A stretch of 63,920 nt of DNA, counting the filler. It is 8 parts of 8 records of this genome, joined end to end, with 100 filler letters (N's around TTAATTAATTAA, not from the genome) between each part and the next. Parts side by side here need not be neighbours in the genome. Positions count along the whole stretch, not along the records: positions 1 to 6,203 come from SRR31147125_37446; positions 6,304 to 14,434 come from SRR31147125_37460; 6 more parts are not named here. One strand, 5' to 3'. Position numbers and translations under genes: made by a program. The notes below the pieces were generated by a model that was not told the origin of the DNA, made no database searches, and saw nothing but the letters and a program-made list of their open reading frames with translations. Of the stretch, positions 1 through 9,537 are shown piece after piece. Numbering within the stretch: position 1 is the first letter of the stretch; each line of letters starts with the position of its first letter.

Positions 1-285
1 GCGGATCGGCCCGAGCGCCTGGTACATGAACGCGTAGAGGTCATCTGCGACAGCCGATTTTTCCAGTACACAGGCCATGAAAACAAAAAGCGGCAGGGCT
101 ATCAACACCATGCTGGACATCATGCCGAATACGTTTGTGGCGACAAACGGAAGCGTGTGGGGCCCGAAGAAGATCAGGGCGGTGATGATCGCGCTGCTGG
201 CCAGGGTGAAGGCCATGGGGAGTCCGGTGATGAGGCCGAAACCCAGGCCGCCGGCAAGCGTCAAAACTGGTAGGTATTCTGTCAT
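1..285 (-). CDS. dctM: TRAP transporter large permease (DctM family), 3' truncated by window start
   Basis: Manual translation from ATG 285 (ATGA overlap with dctQ stop): MTEYLPVLTLAGGLGFGLITGLPMAFTL...LIALPLFVFMACVLEKSAVADDLY; typical DctM N-terminus; follows dctP/dctQ. Confidence 0.9.
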   Translation of the reverse strand, partial: MTEYLPVLTLAGGLGFGLITGLPMAFTLASSAIITALIFFGPHTLPFVATNVFGMMSSMVLIALPLFVFMACVLEKSAVADDLYAFMYQALGPIR

Positions 286-788
286 GACAATTCCTTCCCC
301 GTAATCGCAAATGTGAGTGTTCGGATGTATTGGGCCAAGCCCTGGGAAAGCATCAAAAAAGCGGCCAATGGGATGGTCAGCTTGGCGGGCCACAACGGAG
401 AAGCCCAGGGGGAAGGAGAGACCGTCTGTCGCAGGGCCACCGACCGTGCGGCGATGTGGGACCCATGCCAAAAGAGCAAGCCGATATACATGAAAAAAAG
501 AAGGTAGGTGAAACAATCAATAACGGCTTGCTGCCGGAGTGAGAAGCGGTTGTAGAAGATATCGATCTTGACATGCCCTTTGTGGAGCAGCACGTAGGGT
601 CCGGCGAGCACGGCGTAGGCCCCGAAAATGTGCAAGGCCAACTCATGGCACCAGATGGTCGGGGCGTTGAACGCAAACCGCATGATGACATCGTATAAAA
701 GCAGAAAGGCGAGGAAAAAGACAAAAATACTGATCAACCTCCCGCTCCACTCGCTGACAGAATCGATAATGGCCAAGACACGTCTCAT
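282..788 (-). CDS. dctQ: TRAP transporter small permease (DctQ family)
   Basis: 4 hydrophobic segments, DVIMRFAFNAPTIWCHEL and GHVKIDIFY motifs; start taken at MRRVLAII. Confidence 0.9.
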   Translation of the reverse strand: MRRVLAIIDSVSEWSGRLISIFVFFLAFLLLYDVIMRFAFNAPTIWCHELALHIFGAYAVLAGPYVLLHKGHVKIDIFYNRFSLRQQAVIDCFTYLLFFMYIGLLFWHGSHIAARSVALRQTVSPSPWASPLWPAKLTIPLAAFLMLSQGLAQYIRTLTFAITGKELS

Positions 789-898
789 TGGTTTTCCTTT
801 CATTGGCAATCAAAATCAGGCCACGGTACCACCGGTGTCGCAACGCTGGGGATAGAACGCCGCCAGGGATGCGGACGGCGTCCTTATAACAGGGAAAA

Positions 899-1951
899 CT
901 ACTTTTTATCCCAATACCCTTTCTCCACGGCCCATTTCTCCGTTATGGCGAAGATCTCCTTGAAGGCTTCGTCCTTAAGGTATCTTTCCGGCACCACTTC
1001 CCGGGCCGTCCCGGCCAATTTGCGGGCGTCTTCCGCCGACCACTCAACGATCTCGACGCCCTTTTTTTCCACGAAATCCCAGGCGCCGGCGATGACCCGT
1101 TCAGCCTCGAACTTGTTTCTGGCCGACCCGATTTCACAGGCGGCTGAAAGGATGGCCTTGAGGTCATCGCCAAGGGAATCCCAGGTCTTCAGGTTCACGA
1201 TAAACGCGTCGGCGGCCGGGCCGACCACGGTGGGGTATTTGACCCAGTATTTGGTGACCTCATGAAATCCCATGGCCATGTTGTCGGCGGCATGGGAAAA
1301 CGTGATGGCATCCACGCCGCCGGTGGAAAGCATGGTGTAAATCTCGTCGGCCGGGGTCCAGATGGTGCCTGCCCCCAGTTTCGCCAGCTGCAGGGCGATC
1401 AATTCAGATGACCTGAACTTCAAGCCTTTGATGTCTTTGATTCCGTTGATCGGCTTTTTTGAAATCATCAGGTTGTCCAGGGTCCAATACAGATTGCCCA
1501 CGAGATACACGCCATGTTTGGCGTATTGTTCCCGCAGAATCTTCATGATGCGTCCATCTTCATACTCCTCATAAAGATATTTTAACTCGGCGATGGTTTT
1601 CGGAGCGGCCATGCAATCCCCATGGGTGAAGGCCACCGGGATTTGCCCAGGGAAATAACCCGGCCAGATAAAGGTCGCCTGCATGACCCCCATGCTGACC
1701 GCCTCCAGCTGTTCCGGCACCGGTACGATGGCGCCCGGAGCGCTTGGCTTCATGATAAGGCGTCCGCCCGACATTTTCTTTACATAGTCGGAAATATAGG
1801 CGATGGTGTCCCAGGTTATACCGGACGGCAGCCAGGATGAGGGCTGCCAGCGGTGGGTTTTCGAAAATGCCGGCAGGGAAGAAGCTGCCACCAGAAAAGC
1901 GCCGACAAGCGCGATCATCATGCCCCGAGTGAACAGACGTTGAATTTTCAT
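899..1951 (-). CDS. dctP: TRAP transporter periplasmic substrate-binding protein (DctP family)
   Basis: Signal peptide, MSGGRL, DIKGLKFR, EIYTMLSTGGVD motifs; AAGGAG RBS before ATG 1951. Confidence 0.9.
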   Translation of the reverse strand: MKIQRLFTRGMMIALVGAFLVAASSLPAFSKTHRWQPSSWLPSGITWDTIAYISDYVKKMSGGRLIMKPSAPGAIVPVPEQLEAVSMGVMQATFIWPGYFPGQIPVAFTHGDCMAAPKTIAELKYLYEEYEDGRIMKILREQYAKHGVYLVGNLYWTLDNLMISKKPINGIKDIKGLKFRSSELIALQLAKLGAGTIWTPADEIYTMLSTGGVDAITFSHAADNMAMGFHEVTKYWVKYPTVVGPAADAFIVNLKTWDSLGDDLKAILSAACEIGSARNKFEAERVIAGAWDFVEKKGVEIVEWSAEDARKLAGTAREVVPERYLKDEAFKEIFAITEKWAVEKGYWDKK

Positions 1952-1977
1952 TTCGATCTCCTTATCGTAAGTATTTG

Positions 1978-2925
1978 TCAAAGAATACTGCGCATGACCT
2001 TGGATTGTTCGCGTCGCACCCGTTGCTGGATAAAATGGTACACCCGTGCACCGGTTTAAAAGTAAAGCCCTCGCAGGTTGCGGCCCAGGATGCCTTTCGG
2101 TTCGGTAACCGGCAGCGGAATCGTGTCCGGGGAGGCGCCTTGAATCAGTCCGGCCAAAAGCTTTCCGAAAACGGTTCCCGGACCGATGCCGCGACCGTTG
2201 TAGCTGCTGACGGAAACCAAATTGTCATCCAGCATGTGAAATCGCGGAATGTGATCCACCGTCATGGCAATTCTTCCATTCCAGGCGTAGTCCATCGAAA
2301 TCGCACCGAGCTGGGGGAATTTTTCCGAATGGTTCGCTTCGCCCAGTTTTCATGGAGTGAATAACCCATATTCTCCACCTGTCCAACGCTACCGACAATC
2401 AAGCGGCCGGCTTGGTCCAAGCGGATGGAAGAAAGAACCATATTCGTATCCAAGGCGGCTTCTCCACCAGGCAGTATTGTCCTGCGCACCTCCTCCGGCA
2501 AAGGCGCCGTCGCAAACTGAAAGAAATTGAATGGGATGAGTTCCTTCTTGCGGTGCTTGAAAGCGTAATCGGGGTATCCGAGCGTTGCCAGGATCACGGA
2601 TTTTGCCAGGACGGCACCGGTCGGCGTGGTCAGGCGCCAGTGACCGGATTCCTTCTTCAACTCGGTAACCGGTGAATTGATGTACAGCCGGGCACCTGCC
2701 GATTTCGCGGCTTCTGCGAGCCCATAGGCATAGGCCAGGGGCTGGATGATACCGGCCCGCTGGTCAAACAGCGCCCCGTAAAATCTGTCACTGCCGATTC
2801 TTGGTGTGGCTTCCTCCGCCGATGATCGCCACCTCGGCTTTTTGTTCTTTTCCCGGGGCTCTCAACGAGGGCGCCTGTGGTGCCGTGTCGGCCCACAGCC
2901 CATGGCTCATTGGCTTCAAATGCAT
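1978..2925 (-). pseudogene. Decayed FAD-dependent amino-acid/amine oxidoreductase (DadA/PuuB-like)
   Basis: MHLKPMSHGLWADTAP...AEVAIIGGG joins out of frame to EEATPRIGSDRFYGALFDQRAGIIQPLAY (large internal deletion); frameshift near 2300-2325; premature TAA at 2056-2058; YNGRGIGPGTVFG C-terminal motif retained. Confidence 0.85.
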
Positions 2926-2976
2926 TTGATTGCTCCTCAATGATTCCGTCGTGTCTATGTGAGAATTGATTGTTAT

Positions 2977-3711
2977 TCACATAAATCCCCTAAAAGGCGT
3001 TCGCACCAAAGATGAGTGGACGTAATTGATCATCGTGATAAAGTCGAAGACGGGTAGGTTGATGGCGCTTTGCACGGCCGCGGCATAGGGTGGCAGATCG
3101 CTGCATTCCAGCAGAATCGACCCGATGTCCGGATGATCCCCAAGCAGTTGCCTTGCCACCCCGATTACCTCCGCTTCAATCTTTAAGGTATCCAATGTGC
3201 CTTTTTCTTCTAAAATGGCGCTTTTGAATTCCGGCTGGTTTTCCATCCCCGCGATGGCAATGGGGTAGGCTGGTGGAACGCCGGCATTTTTGAAATGTCT
3301 TTCTGTCAGGCAGGCGGCGTTAGCAGTGATTATGCCGACTTTTTTTCCTGTTACGTTAAGAATGAAGGGAATCTGAAGAAGGCTGGAGAGAAAAACGGGA
3401 ATATCCACCGCTGCGGCCACTTCCCGTTGAAAAAGCGCCATGAACCCGCATGCGCCGGTGATCGCCTTGACACCCACACCCTGCAATTTTCTGGCGGCGT
3501 CGATAAACGGCGCAACCAACGCGGTATCCTGCTGATTTAAAAGTCTGTCTATGGACGCGCCGTCTATCTTTTTATATCGAATGGGGAAATCAAACGTACT
3601 CGCATTGCCGACATTGCCGGGGATACATGGATAGGCGGCATCCAGTATCAGGATTCCGATCGATTCACCATACCAGGCCTGCTCGCGATTCGTAATACGG
3701 TATGGTTTCAT
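2977..3711 (-). CDS. Aspartate/glutamate/hydantoin racemase superfamily protein
   Basis: Two catalytic-type Cys motifs (ITGACGF, LLECSDLPPY); GGAGG RBS before ATG 3711. Confidence 0.8.
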   Translation of the reverse strand: MKPYRITNREQAWYGESIGILILDAAYPCIPGNVGNASTFDFPIRYKKIDGASIDRLLNQQDTALVAPFIDAARKLQGVGVKAITGACGFMALFQREVAAAVDIPVFLSSLLQIPFILNVTGKKVGIITANAACLTERHFKNAGVPPAYPIAIAGMENQPEFKSAILEEKGTLDTLKIEAEVIGVARQLLGDHPDIGSILLECSDLPPYAAAVQSAINLPVFDFITMINYVHSSLVRTPFRGFM

Positions 3712-3764
3712 TGTCAGTCCTCCACAGGCAATGGGATACATAAGCTGTGTTTTTCAAAATGCTT

Positions 3765-3776
3765 TTGGTATACCAA
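3765..3776. promoter_or_regulatory. GntR/FadR-type operator TTGGTATACCAA
   Basis: Perfect 12-bp palindrome between the divergent racemase and GntR genes; fits the TnGT-N-ACnA FadR-subfamily pattern. Confidence 0.75.
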
Positions 3777-3873
3777 TAATATTCTTAAGTCAATAGGGAT
3801 TTTACGCAAAAGATATTTTCATCATAACCATTTGATTATGAAATGTTTGAAAAATGACTTTATGTGTATTACA

Positions 3874-3885
3874 TTGGTATACCAG
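3874..3885. promoter_or_regulatory. Second GntR/FadR-type operator TTGGTATACCAG
   Basis: 11/12 copy of the 3765 palindrome, about 40 bp upstream of the GntR start. Confidence 0.7.
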
Positions 3886-3924
3886 TCGTGTGGCGGGCGC
3901 CATTGATCCTAAATAAAAGCAGGG

Positions 3925-4596
3925 TTGGCAAAAAACATGAACATCGACATATACAGGCAACTGCATCAGCGCATACTGTTTCTCGAGTATGAGCCGGGTC
4001 AGATTTTAAAAGAACAGGCCTTGGCGAAAGAATTCGGCGTCAGTCGCACGCCTCTTCGCACGGTTCTCTTCCGTCTTGAATGGGAACACCTGATCAAGAT
4101 TTTGCCGCGCACCGGCGTTCAAGTAACGGAACTTGAATTGAACCGAATCATGAATGTTTATCAGGCAAGAATAGAGTTGGAGGAAGTGATCGGGCGTCTG
4201 GCTGCCGAGCGGTTCGCACCGGATCATCTTGAGCGCTTGGATGGGCTGATCGAAGACTGTGACCGTCTATTGGATCACAAAGATCCGAAAGCATTGGCTT
4301 CCGTCGATTTTTCCATTAAGGCACTGTTTCTTGATGCTCTCGGGAATCCTTACTTAAAGGAGATGTCGGACCGTTTATACGCGTTGACCTTTCGCCTGTG
4401 GTATTTCAATATGATAAAAATGAATGCCGAGGCATGGAAGATAGAGCTTAGCACGGTAAGAAAAGAGTTGTCAGATATGTCAACTTTGTTGGCCCAAAAG
4501 AATCCAACAAACGTCGGTATTGCCCGCAAAAAACACCTTCTTGAACACCTGGAACGTATCCGGTCTCAATTTCTCGGATTATCCGGCAACGCCTAA
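3925..4596 (+). CDS. GntR-family regulator (FCD domain)
   Basis: wHTH YEPGQILKEQALAKEFGVSRTPLR followed by an FCD-like helical domain. Confidence 0.9.
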   Translation: MAKNMNIDIYRQLHQRILFLEYEPGQILKEQALAKEFGVSRTPLRTVLFRLEWEHLIKILPRTGVQVTELELNRIMNVYQARIELEEVIGRLAAERFAPDHLERLDGLIEDCDRLLDHKDPKALASVDFSIKALFLDALGNPYLKEMSDRLYALTFRLWYFNMIKMNAEAWKIELSTVRKELSDMSTLLAQKNPTNVGIARKKHLLEHLERIRSQFLGLSGNA

Positions 4597-4800
4597 CGGT
4601 GAAGACGGTTCATGATTTATTTTCAGCAAGATATGATTATGACCGGTTTCATCATGTCTTTCATGGCAAACCTGCATCTTTAGCGGAGTGAAGATAGCTG
4701 ATAGATCACTGGAATCAATTGAGCGCCAAGAAAAGACGATCACATACAACATAGTGTGCCATACCAGAGTGGCCTTTGATTTCGATTCCGGTTTCTACAG

Positions 4801-6203
4801 TCAGGGCGTCGCGTAGGTGGCCAGGATGCTGCCCGTCCGGGTTTCAAGCTCAATCCAGGCCTGGCGCAGTCCGACCAGGGCCAGGGCCAGATTGCCCTGG
4901 GCGGTGGTGAGATCCTTCTGGGCTTCGTTGAGGCGCACCAGGGATCCCTGGCCGGCATTGTATTCCTTTTCCACCAGATCGCGGGTCCGCTGCACGAGAT
5001 CTACGTTTTCCCGCTGCAGGGCCACCTGGGCCTGGGCCGTGGCTACCAGCGCCGCCGAGCTGCGGATATCTGAGGTGGCCGAAAGAATTAACTCCTCCAG
5101 GCGTTTTTCCTGCTCCACCTTCTGCTGGCTGGCCTCTTTGACTTTGGCCTTGGTGTATCCGCCGGAAAACAGGTTGTAGGAGAGACCAAGCTGGATGCGG
5201 TTGCCGAAATCATCCTGCCCGAAATGCATGTCGCCGCTACGTTCACCCTCCAGACTGCCGGCCAGCACCGCCGAGGGATAATAGCCTGACTGGGCGACCT
5301 TGATCTGCGCCTCGGATTGTTTGATCCCCCACCGGGTCTGCTGGATGTCGGGGCGCCAATCCATGGCGTTTCCAATCAGCTCATTCACCGGTGGCGTGGA
5401 TAACTCGGCGGCGGTTTCGGGAGCCAGGCGCGCCAGCCCGACATGATCGGGCAAGCGGGCGTCGGGAACGCCCAGCAAGGCGGCCAGTCCGAACAACGCG
5501 ATCTCGTACCGGTATTCCTCGTTGATGCGGCTGGTCTTGGCTTGATTTTTGCGCACCTGGAAGTTGAGCACATCGCTTAGCGATCCGGTACCCACGCGTT
5601 GGCGGGCTTCGGCATCGGCCAATTGACGCTGATTGAACGCCTCATCGGCCTTGGCGATGGAGATGTTCTCCAAGGCCAATTGGGCCGAAAAATAGGATAG
5701 GGCCACGGCGGAGATCAGAAGCCGCTGGGCATCTTTCAAGGCCGCGGTAATACTTTCCTCGCCATAACGGGCAGACAGATTGAAGAATTTGCGTTGAAAT
5801 CCGTCGAATAGCGTCCAGGACGCAGTCAGATCGGCGTTGTAGTAACCGTCGGGATCATCGATGGTGGCGTTGGGGTTGAAATAGCGGGCAACCGCCAGAT
5901 TCTCTTCATAATCATTTGCCGACATGTCCACCCGCGCGGCGGACGCATTGGCGTCCAACCGGGGCCAATAGGTGGATCGGGCCTGATCCACCTGCGCTTT
6001 GGCTTGCTGAACCCTTGCCAATGCGGCTTCAAGACCGGGATTGCCGGAAAGGGCGATGATCACAGCGGTCTTAAGATCCAACGTCTCAATGGCGACCCAA
6101 TCGGCGGCCGGTCCATTGTCGACGGTCTCTCTGGCGGAAAGCGCCTGTGTATCCGTATCCTGGGCATTGACCGTCAGCGGGCACAGGATGCCCACCCATA
6201 AAA
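4801..6203 (-). CDS. TolC-family outer-membrane efflux protein, 5' truncated by contig end
   Basis: Two OEP repeats (ALSGNPGLEAA...YWPRLD; RPDIQQ...YYPSAVL; YNAGQGSLVRL). Confidence 0.9.
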
Positions 6204-6303
6204 NNNNNNNNNNNNNNNNNNNNNNNNNNNNNNNNNNNNNNNNNNNNTTAATTAATTAANNNNNNNNNNNNNNNNNNNNNNNNNNNNNNNNNNNNNNNNN
6301 NNN
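6204..6303. other. Artificial contig spacer
   Basis: 44 N + TTAATTAATTAA + 44 N; abrupt GC change across it. Confidence 0.99.
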
Positions 6304-6713
6304 AAAACGAAAAATCTTATTTGTCAGATTATAAATCAAAATATATCATTTTAAATGTTGTACCGTCACTAGAGACAACTGTTTGTGATATGCAAACACG
6401 TACAATTAATCAGGAACTTGCAACAAGAGATGATATGACCATATTAACGATAAGCAATGATTTACCAGCATCACAAGCGAAATGGTGTGGTAATTCTGGT
6501 CTATCAAATGTCATCACGCTTAGTGATCATATTGATTTGGATTTTGCAAATAAATATGGGACAAATATTAAAGAATTAAGATTACAAGCACGATCAATCT
6601 TTGTCCTTGATAAAGAACGAAAAATTATATATGTAGAATATGTCGATGAAATGTCTAATCATTTAGATTATGATAAATTACTTGATTTTGTTAAAGAATT
6701 ACCGGAAGACTAA
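6304..6713 (+). CDS. tpx: Thiol peroxidase (atypical 2-Cys Prx), 5' truncated
   Basis: VPSLETTVC, ISNDLPASQAKWC, ARSIFVLD motifs. Confidence 0.9.
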
Positions 6714-6730
6714 CTTTCGGTTTTCTTTTT
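6702..6730 (+). terminator. Intrinsic terminator after tpx
   Basis: CCGGAAG-actaa-CTTTCGG followed by TTTTCTTTTT. Confidence 0.6.
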
Positions 6731-6767
6731 GAATATGTTATAATGAATATATGTTTGAGGTGAGTAC

Positions 6768-7724
6768 ATGGGATTATTTAAAAACCTATTTTCAAGTAAA
6801 AAGAAAGATAAAAAATATCAATTAGGATTACATAAGACAAAACAAAATTTTTCAACATTAAAAGCTATTTTAGATGAATCAGAACATATTGATGATGATT
6901 TATTTGATGCATTAGAAGATGTATTTATTCAAGCTGATATTGGTGTGGACACTGTTGTTTATTTTGTTAATAAACTTAGAGAAGATGTTAAAACAAAACA
7001 TATCGTTGAGCCTAAAGATTTGACTGAGATGATTGTTGATGGACTCTTTGAGATCTATTTGCAAGGCGAACTTGTTAATACAGCGCTTAAATATGATGAT
7101 AATGAATTAAATGTATATTTATTTGTAGGTGTTAATGGTGTTGGTAAAACAACAACAATTGGTAAACTTGCAAAACAATTTAAGGACCAAGGTAAGAAGG
7201 TCATGTTGGTTGCTGGTGATACATTTAGAGCTGGTGCCATTGAGCAATTAAAAATTTGGGGAGACCGTAGCGGTTGTTTTGTTTTTAGTAAGGCTGAAGG
7301 AACTGATCCATCTAGTGTGATGTATGATGCACTAGAACTTGCTAAAAAAGAACACTATGATGTGGTCTTATGTGATACTGCAGGAAGATTGCAGACAAAA
7401 GTTAACTTAATGAAAGAATTAGAAAAAATGCATCGTGTGATTAAAAAAACTTGTCCACAAGCACCACAAGAAACATTATTGGTCATTGATGCCACAACTG
7501 GACAAAATGGTATGCGACAAGCAGAAGTGTTTAAAGAAGCAACTGATGTCACAGGTGTTATTTTAACAAAACTTGATGGTACAGCTAAAGGTGGTATTGT
7601 ATTAGCCATTAGACATTTATATGGTGTACCGATTAAATATGTTGGGCTTGGAGAAAAAATAGACGATTTGGTTTATTTTGATATTGAGCAATATATATAT
7701 GATTTATTTAGCGATTTCTTTTAA
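6768..7724 (+). CDS. ftsY: SRP receptor GTPase FtsY
   Basis: GVNGVGKTTT, DTFRAGA, DTAGR, TKLDGTAKGG motifs. Confidence 0.97.
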   Translation: MGLFKNLFSSKKKDKKYQLGLHKTKQNFSTLKAILDESEHIDDDLFDALEDVFIQADIGVDTVVYFVNKLREDVKTKHIVEPKDLTEMIVDGLFEIYLQGELVNTALKYDDNELNVYLFVGVNGVGKTTTIGKLAKQFKDQGKKVMLVAGDTFRAGAIEQLKIWGDRSGCFVFSKAEGTDPSSVMYDALELAKKEHYDVVLCDTAGRLQTKVNLMKELEKMHRVIKKTCPQAPQETLLVIDATTGQNGMRQAEVFKEATDVTGVILTKLDGTAKGGIVLAIRHLYGVPIKYVGLGEKIDDLVYFDIEQYIYDLFSDFF

Positions 7725-7733
7725 GGATAACTT

Positions 7734-8048
7734 ATGAAAAATATAGATATAAAAGAATATCTTATTCAATTATTTGATGCATATCAAAAATTATTAACAG
7801 ATAAACAAATCGAATATTTTAAATATTATTACTATGATGACTACTCGCTACATGAAATATCACAATTATTAAATGTTAGTAGAAATGCAGTTTATGATCA
7901 ATTAACGAAAGTTGAAAAACACTTATTAAACTACGAAGAAAAATTACACATATATGAAAAATCAGTAAAACGACTAGCATTAATTAAAGAAATAAAAGCA
8001 TCTAAAAACTTAGATTTATTAGATGATATTGGAAAGTTGGATGAATAA
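7734..8048 (+). CDS. ylxM: YlxM/UPF0122 DNA-binding-fold protein
   Basis: LLTDKQ..Y.YY.DDYSL.EI...VSRNAVYD; located between ftsY and ffh. Confidence 0.93.
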   Translation: MKNIDIKEYLIQLFDAYQKLLTDKQIEYFKYYYYDDYSLHEISQLLNVSRNAVYDQLTKVEKHLLNYEEKLHIYEKSVKRLALIKEIKASKNLDLLDDIGKLDE

Positions 8049-9454
8049 TGGCAGAAACAAGTTTAAGTTCACGTCTGCAAATGGCGATGCGCCGTGTCAC
8101 AGGACGTGGGTCTTTAAATGAAAAAGATATCGATGAAATGATGAGAGAAATTAGACTATCACTTTTAGAAGCTGATGTCAATTTTAAAGTTGTTAAATCA
8201 TTTGTCGCAAGCATAAAAGAAAAAGCATTAGGTGAAAAAATATTAAAAGGATTAAATCCAGGACAACAAGTGGTTAAAGTCGTTCATGAAGAATTAAAAT
8301 CTATCATGGGGGAAGAAGCAGTACCACTACAATTTGAAAACCAAGGATTAACGACTTTAATGACTATTGGTCTACAAGGGTCAGGTAAAACGACATCTAT
8401 TGGGAAACTTGCAGTGTTTATCCGCAAGCAAGAAAAGAAAAAAGTATTATTAATTGCCGCGGATGTTTATAGACCTGCAGCGATTGACCAATTGGTCACA
8501 ATTGGTAAGCAAATTGGTGTTGAAGTTTATGAAGAAGGCATTAAAGATGCTAGAAAAATTGTTAAAAATGGTTTAAAATATGCACAAGAAAATGGATTTG
8601 ATGTCGCAATTATTGATACAGCTGGACGCTTGCACATTGATGAAAAAATGATGCAGGAATTAGTCGATGTTAAAAAGATTGCCAATCCAAGTGAAATCTT
8701 ATTAACAGTTGATGCAATGACTGGACAAGATGCTGCAAATATTGCAAGAAGTTTTCATGATCAGTTAGATGCTACAGGTGCGATATTAACTAAATTAGAT
8801 GGTGATACCAGAGGTGGTGCAGCATTATCTATTAGACAAGTTTCAGGGATTCCGATTAAGTTTTCATCAAGTGGTGAAAAAATGGATACATTTGAGACTT
8901 TCCATCCAGAACGTATGGCATCACGCATACTTGGTATGGGTGACGTCTTAACATTAATCGAAAAAGCAACTGATGCGATTGATGAAGATGAAGCACAAAA
9001 CATGATGGAAAAAATGATGAGCAATACCTTTAATTATAATGACTTATTAAAACAGTTTAAAATGATTAAACGTATGGGTTCAGTTTCTAAAATACTAGGC
9101 TTTATGCCTGGCATGGGTGCACAACTAAAAAAAGCGGCTTCGCAAGTTGATGATAAACAATTTCATAAAATGAGTGTGATTATTCAATCGATGACTGAAG
9201 GTGAGCGAAAAGATCCTGCATTAGTTGATAAATCGAGTAGAAGACGTAGTCGTATCGCAAAAGGTTCTGGTATGCAAGTATCAGATGTAAATCGCCTAAG
9301 ACAGTCATTAGAAGCTCAAAAACGGATGATGAAACAAATGCAAAACATGGATGAGAATCAAATGGCTCAAATGGCAAAAAATCCAGGACAAGCATTTCAA
9401 CCAAAACAGAAAAAAGGTAAAGGGAAAAGTAAGGGTCAATTTAGGATTCGTTGA
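8048..9454 (+). CDS. ffh: Signal recognition particle protein Ffh
   Basis: GLQGSGKTT, DTAGRL, FHPERMASRILGMGD, Met-rich M domain. Confidence 0.98.
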   Translation: MAETSLSSRLQMAMRRVTGRGSLNEKDIDEMMREIRLSLLEADVNFKVVKSFVASIKEKALGEKILKGLNPGQQVVKVVHEELKSIMGEEAVPLQFENQGLTTLMTIGLQGSGKTTSIGKLAVFIRKQEKKKVLLIAADVYRPAAIDQLVTIGKQIGVEVYEEGIKDARKIVKNGLKYAQENGFDVAIIDTAGRLHIDEKMMQELVDVKKIANPSEILLTVDAMTGQDAANIARSFHDQLDATGAILTKLDGDTRGGAALSIRQVSGIPIKFSSSGEKMDTFETFHPERMASRILGMGDVLTLIEKATDAIDEDEAQNMMEKMMSNTFNYNDLLKQFKMIKRMGSVSKILGFMPGMGAQLKKAASQVDDKQFHKMSVIIQSMTEGERKDPALVDKSSRRRSRIAKGSGMQVSDVNRLRQSLEAQKRMMKQMQNMDENQMAQMAKNPGQAFQPKQKKGKGKSKGQFRIR

Positions 9455-9469
9455 TCCTTTTTCTTTATG

Positions 9470-9492
9470 TTTTCCACAATTGTTGTGGATAA
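9470..9492. promoter_or_regulatory. Inverted pair of DnaA boxes upstream of polA
   Basis: TTTTCCACA (9470-9478, one mismatch) and TGTGGATAA (9484-9492, perfect reverse complement of TTATCCACA). Confidence 0.65.
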
Positions 9493-9537
9493 AAATGTTT
9501 ATCATGTATGATAAAATAAATAAAAGGAGTTTGCAAA

